From: Dehalococcoidia bacterium
Lineage (GTDB): Bacteria > Chloroflexota > Dehalococcoidia > GIF9 > UBA5629
Direction: 5' to 3'
NCBI GenBank assembly: GCA_050011565.1
Contig: JBEKIW010000002.1
Span: 400,494-464,493 of the forward strand
DNA: 64,000 nt
Shown here: piece after piece, positions 46,104 to 55,021 of the stretch
How the letters are laid out: each line of letters opens with the position of its first letter
Position numbering within the stretch: the first letter of the stretch is position 1
Made by a program: the position numbers and the translations under genes
The notes under the pieces: generated by a model
Seen by the model: only the letters and a program-made list of their open reading frames with translations
What the model was told of the DNA's origin: nothing
Database searches by the model: none

Positions 46104-46262
46104 AAACAAATCAAAGATAAAAAGTTCCAAGTCAAAATGACAGGTCAAAATGTAAAATCGGGAATTCATGGATTGACTTTTTAGGTAGATGGTAGCAGAA
46201 TGAACCTCCAATTCAATACGCAGGTAAAAAGTCTGGTTTGTGGACCTGGAAAGGCGGGCATC

Positions 46263-46910
46263 ATGCTAACGGTTCGAGAGGCAATTCAACAACGTAGAAG
46301 TACACGCAAATTTCTGGATAAGCCGGTGCCCACTGAAATGATTAATGAGATTCTTGAAGCAGCGCGCCTGGCTCCTTCGGCCAGCAACCGGCAGCCGTGG
46401 CGGTTCATTGTGGTTACCGACCTGAAGGAAAGGGCAAAGCTGCGACAGATATGCTGGGACCAGGCTTTCATCGAGCAGGCGCCGGTGGTGTTTGTTTGCT
46501 GTGCCGATTTGACCGCCTATGCCCAACCATCAAGACTGAAACGCTCCCAGGAATTTATTGACTACGGGGTCACCGAGACCTTATCCGGCCGTTTCGCCGA
46601 CCCGGAGCTCCGGGCTGCTCTATTAAATATGCCTGACCCCGACCTGGGAATATTCGTGGCGGCAGCGGTGGCCAACAGTTATATTGCTATCGAGCACATG
46701 GTCTTGACTGCCACGGCTCTGGGATTGGGTTCCTGCTGGGTGGGAGCGACGGGCGGAGAAGGAGAAATAAATGCCATGTTTGGCCTGCCAAAGACTACCG
46801 TAGTCACCGCCGTGTTACCCGTCGGTTATTCTGCGACGACCCCGCCACCGCGGCCACGTATTTCGTTTTCCGAGATTCTGCTGCGTCCGCTGGAAGCAGC
46901 CGTAAAGTAG
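46263..46910 (+). CDS. Nitroreductase-family protein
   Basis: RRSTRKF, LAPSASNRQPW and LGLGSCWVG motifs. Confidence 0.9.
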   Translation: MLTVREAIQQRRSTRKFLDKPVPTEMINEILEAARLAPSASNRQPWRFIVVTDLKERAKLRQICWDQAFIEQAPVVFVCCADLTAYAQPSRLKRSQEFIDYGVTETLSGRFADPELRAALLNMPDPDLGIFVAAAVANSYIAIEHMVLTATALGLGSCWVGATGGEGEINAMFGLPKTTVVTAVLPVGYSATTPPPRPRISFSEILLRPLEAAVK

Positions 46911-46915
46911 GAGCT

Positions 46916-47557
46916 ATGAAAAATATGGTACAGGACAGTGACGTCAAAATAATCAGAATGGAGCTGGGGCCTTGGGGCACCAATGCCTATATAGTCGTTT
47001 GCCAGGCTACCAACGAAAGCCTGCTGGTGGATGCGCCCGGTGAAGCCGATAAGATATTGAAGCAACTGGCCGGCACCAGGCCGAAGTATATCGTGCTCAC
47101 ACATAACCACATCGACCACATCGGAGCGCTGGAAGAGTTAAAAGCAAAGTTAAAAATACTGGTGGCGCTTCATCCTGGGGACGCTTCGAGGTTGGCGCTC
47201 AAACCGGATATGGAGCTTAAGGACGGCGATGCCATAGAAGTCGGCAAATTGAAGCTGAAAGTGTCACATACGCCGGGGCATACGCCGGGAAGCCTGAGTT
47301 TTTTGGTCGGCAAATATTTGATATCGGGAGACACCATTTTTCCGGGCGGCCCGGGAAAGACGGGGACGCCTGCCGACTTCAAACAGATAGTGAAGTCCAT
47401 AGAAAGCAAGCTTTTCGTCCTGCCTGATGACACACAGGTATATCCCGGGCACGGCGAGGGGACGGTAATGGGCAAGGAAAAGAAGGAATTCGCTGTCTTC
47501 GCTTCCAGGCCGCATGACCCCGGCTTATGTGGGGATGTGCTGTGGCTGTCGTCCTAG
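46916..47557 (+). CDS. MBL-fold hydrolase (glyoxalase II-like)
   Basis: THNHIDH, TPGHTPG, SGDTIF and YPGHG motifs. Confidence 0.9.
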   Translation: MKNMVQDSDVKIIRMELGPWGTNAYIVVCQATNESLLVDAPGEADKILKQLAGTRPKYIVLTHNHIDHIGALEELKAKLKILVALHPGDASRLALKPDMELKDGDAIEVGKLKLKVSHTPGHTPGSLSFLVGKYLISGDTIFPGGPGKTGTPADFKQIVKSIESKLFVLPDDTQVYPGHGEGTVMGKEKKEFAVFASRPHDPGLCGDVLWLSS

Positions 47558-47561
47558 ATGG

Positions 47562-48254
47562 CTACCACCAAATTTCGACGCGATAAAAAGGCTCCGCCAG
47601 CTTGAAACCTTTACCTTCGGCAAAACCCTCATATCTTTTTTTAAGGAAATCGCCCCATTCGCGGGAAAAGTGGCCCACCTGGCTGTGATGGCAGCGCAGT
47701 GCGGCTATCTTTGTCTCATAGGTGTCGGTGATGTCGCTGAAGTAATTCGGTTCTTCGGCACCCCAGAGCAGGACTTCTTTGACTTTGTGAGGCTCGAGCC
47801 CCTGTTTAATCAGGTCGGGATAAGCCAGCCGGTCGCGGGCGTAAGGAAAAACGGCGTCAAGCACCACCTGCCCGGTGATGCGATGGTCACGGTGCCAGAT
47901 GTAACGGCGGTAGGGGTCGGTGGTGGCTACGACGTCAGGTCGATAAAGTCTAATCAAGCGTACGATTTCCTTGCGAAATTCGGGCGTATCTTCCAGAGCC
48001 TGGTCGTCATGCCGCAGGAAGACGACTTTGTCCACGCCGGCTAATTTGGCCGCCGCCAGCTGTTCCTGCTCTCGAATCTCAACTAATTTCTCAGGCTTCA
48101 TGTTGGGGTTGTCGGTGCCCTTGTTGCCGTTAGTGCAGACCACATAAACGACTTTTTTGCCGTCGCGTACCCATTTGACCACGGTGCCGGCTACGCCGTA
48201 CTCGGCATCGTCGGCGTGGGATGTAATCACCATCGCGTAGTATTTCTCAGCCAT
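47562..48254 (-). CDS. PIG-L/LmbE-family deacetylase (MshB/BshB-like)
   Basis: SHADDAE, TNGNKG, REQEQ, HRDH and HHSQ motifs. Confidence 0.9.
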   Translation of the reverse strand: MAEKYYAMVITSHADDAEYGVAGTVVKWVRDGKKVVYVVCTNGNKGTDNPNMKPEKLVEIREQEQLAAAKLAGVDKVVFLRHDDQALEDTPEFRKEIVRLIRLYRPDVVATTDPYRRYIWHRDHRITGQVVLDAVFPYARDRLAYPDLIKQGLEPHKVKEVLLWGAEEPNYFSDITDTYETKIAALRCHHSQVGHFSREWGDFLKKRYEGFAEGKGFKLAEPFYRVEIWW

Positions 48255-48330
48255 ATTTAAAAGCCTCCGGAGTAAAGGTATTACATAAAATTGTACGATA
48301 CTATCTGCCCTGATACAATGGCGAATATAT

Positions 48331-49230
48331 ATGCCAGACAAACTTAAGGTCAGAAACTGCCGGCCACAGGACGCGGGTGATTCAGCCGCCTATGAAAGCC
48401 TCAAAGAGAGGACGGTCTTCGCCCACCTGCTGAGCAAGCCTGACTATCGCGTGGACCAAAACCTTTTCCTGGCTGAGGCGAATGACATAATCGTCGGTTT
48501 AATTAACGTACTACCGGAGCTGGGCATCGGACGTGCCGTATTCGATTATGCAGTCAGTCCCTCATACGAGCTGGTGACCTTACTCCCGGAGCTTATAAAA
48601 TGCGCCCTGAAAAGGGCCAGAGAGCTAGGAGCCGCCGTAGCCCACCTGGGCATTCCCTCGCTAGAGATAGAGCCGGTGGCGGTCTTGGAGAACCTGGGAT
48701 TCAGGACGGTCCGGCGTTTTTGCGACATGCAGTTGAACATTTCCGATATTAACCTTGACGGCGCCGACCGATTGGGCCGGGCTTATAGCTTTTTTAAAGA
48801 CGGCGACGAGGCGCTGCTTTCAGATATTCAAAACCGTTGTTTTGCCAGCGCCTGGGGTTATAATCCGAATACCGTTGCAGATACAGCCTGGCAGTTGAAA
48901 GTGAGAAACAATTGTCCCGAAGACATTATTCTGGCACTGGACGAAGGCGAAGTAATAGGCTACTGCTGGACAGAATCGGAATGCGGCCGGGAACCGTCTA
49001 CGGGCAAGCCGAAAGGGCGCATCTATATGCTGGGCGTCGACAGCCGCTATCGGGCCAGGGGTCTGGGCAGGCAACTTCTGGGGATGGGTCTATTACATCT
49101 CAAGAGCCAGGGTCGTGAGCTAATAGAAATAACGGTGGATACTCAGAACGTTGCCGCGATTACACTCTATCGCACGCTGGGTTTTCAACTGTGCAGTGAA
49201 ACTGTGTGGTACGAGAAAGGCCTGGGCTGA
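48331..49230 (+). CDS. Tandem-GNAT acetyltransferase (MshD-like)
   Basis: Two GNAT halves; GYCWT, IYMLGVD, RARGLG, VDTQNVAAITLY and LGF. Confidence 0.8.
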   Translation: MPDKLKVRNCRPQDAGDSAAYESLKERTVFAHLLSKPDYRVDQNLFLAEANDIIVGLINVLPELGIGRAVFDYAVSPSYELVTLLPELIKCALKRARELGAAVAHLGIPSLEIEPVAVLENLGFRTVRRFCDMQLNISDINLDGADRLGRAYSFFKDGDEALLSDIQNRCFASAWGYNPNTVADTAWQLKVRNNCPEDIILALDEGEVIGYCWTESECGREPSTGKPKGRIYMLGVDSRYRARGLGRQLLGMGLLHLKSQGRELIEITVDTQNVAAITLYRTLGFQLCSETVWYEKGLG

Positions 49231-49263
49231 CGCAATTTGTTAAGTCGGGAAGCGGCGAAACCG

Positions 49264-49635
49264 AGGGGAACCGCCGTAGCCGTGGGGCTCAGATTATTAC
49301 ATCCTGGATTTGGCTCTCCACGCGAGCGATATTGGTCATGAACTCGCCACGCAGGCGTCTATGCTCATCCGTATCAAGAATCCGCTGCAGGCTGTTCAGG
49401 TCCTGCAGTTCTATCATGATGGTCCGTTCGGGCCAACCCAATAGCTTGTCCGCGTATACGTGGTAACCTTTTACGCCGGTCTGGCTGGACCAGAACTTCT
49501 TCGACTTGTTCGCAATGAACCGGTCGAGTTCCTCCTCTCTGCCGGGAACAGGGTCGCAATAAACACTAAAGTACACCATTTCTGTTAGTCCTCCTTTTCT
49601 TTACTGCCCCAAAAATTTGCTGTGGCGGTTCCCCT
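49264..49635. repeat. 17-bp inverted repeats enclosing a small gene
   Basis: AGGGGAACCGCCGTAGC (49264-49280) and GCTGTGGCGGTTCCCCT (49619-49635). Confidence 0.7.
49289..49579 (-). CDS. Small hypothetical protein, probable dimeric alpha-beta barrel fold
   Basis: AAAGGAGG SD; beta-PG-helix pattern (DPVPGREEEL, GVKGYHVY) as in ABM/NIPSNAP-like proteins. Confidence 0.7.
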   Translation of the reverse strand: MVYFSVYCDPVPGREEELDRFIANKSKKFWSSQTGVKGYHVYADKLLGWPERTIMIELQDLNSLQRILDTDEHRRLRGEFMTNIARVESQIQDVII

Positions 49636-49760
49636 TCACTGCCAGAAATGATATCAGGAGAATATGAAGATATGACGAAGGACGCCCGCAAATTGTGTGA
49701 AAATTAGTGGTTGAACGGTTCTTACGTCGACGGGGTTATTTGAAAATTTTAGTTGCCTGC

Positions 49761-50558
49761 CTAGACTAAAGGAAGCTGGTGCGGAATTTGTAATGGGGAC
49801 GGGGCGCATAGTTTGGAGGTAAGGTCGGCCTCGTGCTGCTTGAGCCACTTTTTATTCTCCCGCCAGCCCGGACAGTATAGGGCTACCAGCTCCCAGAACC
49901 TCTTTGAATGATTCATCTCTTTGAGGTGAAGAAGTTCATGGATGATGACGTATTTGACTACAGGCTCCGGCGACATTATCAGCTTCCAGTTAAAGCTGAG
50001 GTTTTTCTTGCGGGAGCAGCTGCCCCAGCGCGTCTTTTGACCTCGGATAACGATTCGCTCATAGCTGATGCCCATCTCAGAGCTCAGCTTCTCCGCTCTT
50101 TCGGTTATCAATTTAGCCGCCTCTGTCCGGTACCACTGTTCCAGAGCCGGTTCCAGCAGTCCGTTATCAAATAAATCGGGGCTTACCGCCAGTTTGTTTC
50201 CATCTATAACTACGCCATCGCCGTGGTGGTTTTTCTGCTTCACCAACTCCAGGTCGCGGCCGAGATACGGTACGGTATCCCCGCGATTAAGTTTCCGTGG
50301 GGCGGAAAGCGGTTGCGATTGGCTGAATCTGGACAGGTTCCTCGATATCCATCGCTCCTTCGATTTTAGAAGTCCGGGAATCCTGCTGGTACTGTAAGAA
50401 CGAGGCACGATTACCGTGAGACCGGTTCGTTGACTGACCTCGAGCCGGACACGCCGCGCCCTGAAGCTTCGCCTGAGCGTATAGGTGATGGCCCGGCTAT
50501 TAATGGTGGTGGTACGTTTCTCGACTAAGGCTGATTTATGCCGAGTCCCTGGTGGCAT
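49761..50558 (-). CDS. YgjP/DUF45 (SprT-like) zinc metalloprotein
   Basis: QKTRWGSCS, YVIIHELLH, NHSKRFW. Confidence 0.9.
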   Translation of the reverse strand: MPPGTRHKSALVEKRTTTINSRAITYTLRRSFRARRVRLEVSQRTGLTVIVPRSYSTSRIPGLLKSKERWISRNLSRFSQSQPLSAPRKLNRGDTVPYLGRDLELVKQKNHHGDGVVIDGNKLAVSPDLFDNGLLEPALEQWYRTEAAKLITERAEKLSSEMGISYERIVIRGQKTRWGSCSRKKNLSFNWKLIMSPEPVVKYVIIHELLHLKEMNHSKRFWELVALYCPGWRENKKWLKQHEADLTSKLCAPSPLQIPHQLPLV

Positions 50559-50628
50559 GCCTATAGTCTAAAGGTTTAACCTGTGATCTGTCCAGAAAGC
50601 ACCGAGGGGAAAAAGAAGATAGCAGAAG

Positions 50629-51273
50629 CTAACTGAGGTTTCCGAGCGTCACCGCAGGGTCTTTTGCGGGAAAGGGTACCTCTGTAGAACTTGAGGGTTC
50701 ACCAACGTAAATTATTTTATCGCGGTTGACCGCCACAAAATCAAGTGTTGATGTAGCATGATCCAGTGTCCGATATACCTCTACATTTGTCAGCGCTATG
50801 AATTTATCAGCTCTATCGACGATATCTAATATTTGCTGCCAGGCTTCAGCATGCATCTGGCCCCTCAGTATATATAATGGCATGTGTATCTCGGCTGCCA
50901 TGGGGGTCTTGGGCCTCATCGGATAGATTATCGGCCTGCCTTTAGTTTCCGACATCGCAGGTTTACCTTCACTCTTCTCGCCGACAAAAAGTATACTGGA
51001 CTTCTTTATGTAGGTTTCTGCGGTGATTTTCTTTTCTCCGTTTGGCAAGGACACCTCGACCTGTACCAGCGGTAGAAATTCCTTCCCCAATGCCACCGAA
51101 TTTGCCACAGCGCTTTGATTAAGTGTGTCCAAAAGGCGTTGATGATTCCCGCAATAGGCATATCCGTTAAAGGTACAGGTCTCGGTACAGACCAGCACCT
51201 TCACTTGCTTAAGCTTGGTATCATTATCCAGATCCAGGATGCCATTTGGTCGCGGCGTCAGTTGTAAAGCCAA
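50629..51273 (-). CDS. Hypothetical protein with two tandem homologous beta domains
   Basis: Halves RLLDTLN..FLPLVQVEV..YIKKSSILFV and QILDIVD..FIALTNVEV..VAVNRDKIIYV. Confidence 0.7.
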   Translation of the reverse strand: MALQLTPRPNGILDLDNDTKLKQVKVLVCTETCTFNGYAYCGNHQRLLDTLNQSAVANSVALGKEFLPLVQVEVSLPNGEKKITAETYIKKSSILFVGEKSEGKPAMSETKGRPIIYPMRPKTPMAAEIHMPLYILRGQMHAEAWQQILDIVDRADKFIALTNVEVYRTLDHATSTLDFVAVNRDKIIYVGEPSSSTEVPFPAKDPAVTLGNLS

Positions 51274-51487
51274 AGTTCTACATTCCTTCCTGTTTGGTCT
51301 CGCTGTCTTTCAATACAGTCTATTTGTGTCTCTGGCTACAGTATATACCCTGTTTACGATGCCGTGAACCCATCATAGGTACTTTTTCTGTTCATACTAT
51401 GGTACTAGGGACGGAGTAGTACTTATCAGATAATATGCACGGTTAGCGTAGCTGTGGCGGACGGGTGAGCTTGAGGAATCGAACGGG

Positions 51488-52642
51488 CTAGGGGTTTATT
51501 ATCACCTTGATCGACTGTTCCGGATTGATCTGGACCTCAAAGGCTTCCATGATATTGTCCAGCGGGAACCGGTGCGAGATTAGGGATTTGGCGTTCACCT
51601 TGCCGCTGGCGAGCAGCTCAATTGCCGCTTTAATTTCCTGGCCTACGGGTTTTTGCCCTTTATTGAACGAGCTTATGAGTGAAAGCTGCTTGTGTACTAT
51701 GCGGTTGATATTAAGCGGTACTTCCTCTTCGAATAACCCGACCAGAACGATGCGTCCGCCGGTGCGGGTCATTTCGATTGCCTGCTGCAGAGCCATCGGT
51801 ACCCCGGAACATTCCATGACAATATCGGCACAGCCTCCGCCCTTGCCGCTGAAGCTGCGTCCGGTGCCGGTGATTTCGATTACTCTTTGCAAAGGGTCCT
51901 CTTTAGTAGCGTCGATTACCACGTCGGCGCCCAGCTCCTTAGCCAGTCGTAGACGCTTTTGAGAAACTTCGGATACTATCACCTTCGACACGAACTGTTT
52001 GAGCACCAGCATCACCGATAGACCGATGGTGCCCAGACCGGTGACGACGGCTGTCTCATGACGCTCGGGGTTGGCCATCATTACCCAACGATAGGCTCCC
52101 CAGAGCGGTTCTATGATTGCGGCCTCTTCCCAACTGAGCGAGTCGGGTATCTTGAATATATTGTTATCGAGCACTGCGTCAGGGACCAGCACATACTCGG
52201 CGTAAGCACCGTTTCTGCCGTAGCCAATCAACATATGCCGTTGCATCCTGTCGCACATCCAGAATCGCCCGGACTTGCAATAATCACATTCACCGCATGG
52301 CTTTAGCGCGATAGTTGGGCACCACTGCGGCTGTCCCCGGAGGCACCAGTAGCATTGGCCGCAGCCCCGGGTAGCTTCATTGGTCGGCACTATCATGGCC
52401 ACTACGCGGTCGCCGATGTTAATACCTTTAACTTTCTTGCCCACCTCTGCGACCTCGCCGGAAAATTCATGGCCCATGACAAAGCCAGGGCGGGCGAGAA
52501 TGCCCTTCTTATACGTATGAACGTCAGAGCCGCAGATACCGCAGGCCTTCACCCTGATTAAGACATCCGTCGGTTCCATTTTTGGAGCTTCGATGTTTTC
52601 TACCCTGAAATCTCTAGCTCCGTAAAATACGGCTGCCTTCAT
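51488..52642 (-). CDS. Zinc-dependent medium-chain dehydrogenase (threonine/sorbitol dehydrogenase-like)
   Basis: CGICGSD, GHEFSG, GLGTIG and ECSG motifs; duplicated structural-Zn loop. Confidence 0.9.
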   Translation of the reverse strand: MKAAVFYGARDFRVENIEAPKMEPTDVLIRVKACGICGSDVHTYKKGILARPGFVMGHEFSGEVAEVGKKVKGINIGDRVVAMIVPTNEATRGCGQCYWCLRGQPQWCPTIALKPCGECDYCKSGRFWMCDRMQRHMLIGYGRNGAYAEYVLVPDAVLDNNIFKIPDSLSWEEAAIIEPLWGAYRWVMMANPERHETAVVTGLGTIGLSVMLVLKQFVSKVIVSEVSQKRLRLAKELGADVVIDATKEDPLQRVIEITGTGRSFSGKGGGCADIVMECSGVPMALQQAIEMTRTGGRIVLVGLFEEEVPLNINRIVHKQLSLISSFNKGQKPVGQEIKAAIELLASGKVNAKSLISHRFPLDNIMEAFEVQINPEQSIKVIINP

Positions 52643-52663
52643 TTTTTCTCCTTGCCGGCCATC

Positions 52664-53875
52664 TCAGTCATCGAGAAGTACCCGGTACTCATGCAGTATC
52701 CTGTCGGCGATGGTGGCCCAGCCAAAATCGGCTATGGTGGCGCGTCTTGTTTTAATGTGCCGCGCTTCGTCTTCGGGCTGGTAGATAAGCTCCGATATTT
52801 CGCCGGCCAGATTGTGAGGGGAGTTATCGCTGACTATGCGTCCCATTTCGCCGTGACGGATGATATTTTTCATGCCGCCGACGTTAGTTGCTACTATGGG
52901 CGTGCCGCAGGCCAGGGATTCCAGAGCGACCATGCCGAAGCTTTCATAGTATGAAGGTATGGCACAGACGTCTGAAGCGCTGTAAAAAAGAGGCAGCTGG
53001 CTCTGGGCTACGGAGCCGACAAATGTAACCCGGTCTTCGATATTCAGCTCTTTTGCCATACTCTTCAGAGCCTGTACCTGTCCCTGGCTGTGGGCATCAC
53101 CGCCGACAATTATAAGCAGCGGTGGTTTTTCGCCGTCCATATAGGTCAATGCCGTGAGCAGCTGCTCCAGCCCTTTCAGCGGGTCCATTCTGCCCACGAA
53201 AAGTATCACTTTTTGATGGTCTAAGCCTAGTTCCTTCCGGGCTGTCTCCTTGTCTATGGGCCTGAATAAGTCCAGGTTAACGCCGCAGGGAATGACGATA
53301 AGCTTGTCCGGAGAAGCGCCGTAAAACTTCACCAGGTCTTCCGTTTCTTTGGTCGTGGAGGCGATAATGCGGTGGCAGCTGCTTATTACCTCTCTCTCGC
53401 TTTCTATCCGCAGTTCGGGCTCATATTCACCGATGCCGAGGCTGTTCTTGATGGCACCGAGTGTATGAAACATGACGGCATGAGGGACATGCCACAGTGT
53501 CTGCAATTGTTTGCCTATCAGTCCCGACAGCCAGTAGTGGCTGTGTATCAGGTCATACTGGAGCTGGTTATACTTTCTGAAGTTTTCCGCGCCGCTGGCA
53601 AGCCTTTGAATATAGTCATAGATGGCCAATTTAGGCATGTCCTCGTCAACGCCCGTGTCGAGGTGGATAATCCTGACGTTTTGCCCCAGGTTTATCGGCG
53701 GCCCATGCTGTGGTTGATGAGCCTTGGTATATATGTCTATGGCATGTCCTCTGTTGGCCAGCTCTCGTGCCAGTTCCCGAACATAAACGTTCATACCGCC
53801 GGTATCCCTGCCTCCCAGCACGCCCAGAGGGCAGCTGTGAATGCTAATCATGGCTATATTAAGTCGTTCTATCAT
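52664..53875 (-). CDS. GT4 glycosyltransferase, MshA-like
   Basis: HSCPLGVLGGRDTGGMNVYV, IHSHYWLSG, FHTLG, GRMDPLKG and ESFGMVALE. Confidence 0.85.
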   Translation of the reverse strand: MIERLNIAMISIHSCPLGVLGGRDTGGMNVYVRELARELANRGHAIDIYTKAHQPQHGPPINLGQNVRIIHLDTGVDEDMPKLAIYDYIQRLASGAENFRKYNQLQYDLIHSHYWLSGLIGKQLQTLWHVPHAVMFHTLGAIKNSLGIGEYEPELRIESEREVISSCHRIIASTTKETEDLVKFYGASPDKLIVIPCGVNLDLFRPIDKETARKELGLDHQKVILFVGRMDPLKGLEQLLTALTYMDGEKPPLLIIVGGDAHSQGQVQALKSMAKELNIEDRVTFVGSVAQSQLPLFYSASDVCAIPSYYESFGMVALESLACGTPIVATNVGGMKNIIRHGEMGRIVSDNSPHNLAGEISELIYQPEDEARHIKTRRATIADFGWATIADRILHEYRVLLDD

Positions 53876-53886
53876 GTATTGTTCCC

Positions 53887-54864
53887 CTATGCCGCATAGC
53901 TCAACGAGCACTTATACAGCGGCAGCTCCTGTCCGCCCAGGTGATATTTATAGGCTTCAGCGCCTTTGAGGAAATCAAAACGTTTTTTATGCCTCTCGAT
54001 GCTGTCCTTAATGCACAGCGCCTTTGAAATCACTCCAACGCTCAGCCAGCCGTAGTCAGGTTCGTAGCCGCTGTTGTACAGGTATACGGTGTCCCCGTAA
54101 TCGAAGCACATGGTGGCAGCCACGGGCTTCTTATCAAGCTCCAGTATGTTTAGTCTCAGCATTTTCTGCTTTGCCATGGCGCGGGCTATCGACCGGAAGA
54201 ATGACTCCATTTGTGGAGTCAGGAAAGCTGATTTATCCTGACGGCTGTCGCGAAACAGGTGCAGGAAGATGGCGATGTCATTTTCATTGGCATCGGTACC
54301 GGCACGATGGTTCAGGTCGCCCTCTTCATTCAACCTCCTGAGCTTTCGGTTCAGCTCATGCCGCTGCTTGCCCGAGAGCAACTGAAGATATTCCTCCCAG
54401 CTTGGCGGCAGATTAATCTCCACGGTCACATCTTCCAGGGAGCAAGAGACCTGCCATTTATATTTTGGCGCAATGTTGACCAGGCTGGTACGTACCGTGG
54501 AGTCAGGTCGAAGTGGTGCCAGAGCCAACCGGAGAATTCCTTCAGCCTTCAGGTTATCCAGTAATTCGCGGAAAAAGCCCTCCTCGCTGCCGGGCGCAAC
54601 CACAAAGTCCAGATAATCGCAGACGTCGCTGCTGCCGATAAAGGAAGCGACTTCGCCATTTACTAGAAGCGGCGCAATTCCTATGGTCTCGCCTCCCTGT
54701 CTAACGGCGCCCAGGTATAGCTTGCTACCGGAGCCGAACTGATGCCACCAGACTTTCGACCATTCGGGTGACGAGAAGATAGGGGCAATCTGCGAATTAT
54801 CATGAAGTTTTTTCCAGGCGTCGTATATGGAATCAAAGCTCTCCAAACTGAACTGCGATTTCAT
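53887..54864 (-). CDS. CelD/BcsL-type GNAT acetyltransferase
   Basis: IGIAPL, CDYLD, YNSGY and FDFLKGAEAYK motifs. Confidence 0.85.
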   Translation of the reverse strand: MKSQFSLESFDSIYDAWKKLHDNSQIAPIFSSPEWSKVWWHQFGSGSKLYLGAVRQGGETIGIAPLLVNGEVASFIGSSDVCDYLDFVVAPGSEEGFFRELLDNLKAEGILRLALAPLRPDSTVRTSLVNIAPKYKWQVSCSLEDVTVEINLPPSWEEYLQLLSGKQRHELNRKLRRLNEEGDLNHRAGTDANENDIAIFLHLFRDSRQDKSAFLTPQMESFFRSIARAMAKQKMLRLNILELDKKPVAATMCFDYGDTVYLYNSGYEPDYGWLSVGVISKALCIKDSIERHKKRFDFLKGAEAYKYHLGGQELPLYKCSLSYAA

Positions 54865-54936
54865 AGGCTTAAACCTATTAATTATAGCCTGAGTTATTGG
54901 TATTAGCCAATGGGGAATAGAAGAATGATTGTTTTA

Positions 54937-54965
54937 TTGAAGACAATCTGAAAAATATGTAAGAT
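54937..54965 (+). promoter_or_regulatory. Putative sigma70 promoter for the flavin oxidoreductase
   Basis: TTGAAG, 17 nt, TAAGAT; AAGGAGG SD downstream. Confidence 0.4.
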
Positions 54966-55021
54966 TAGGCAGGTTGTCTGCGGATTTCAGTTAGCTTTGC
55001 CGAATTAAGGAGGTACTATAA

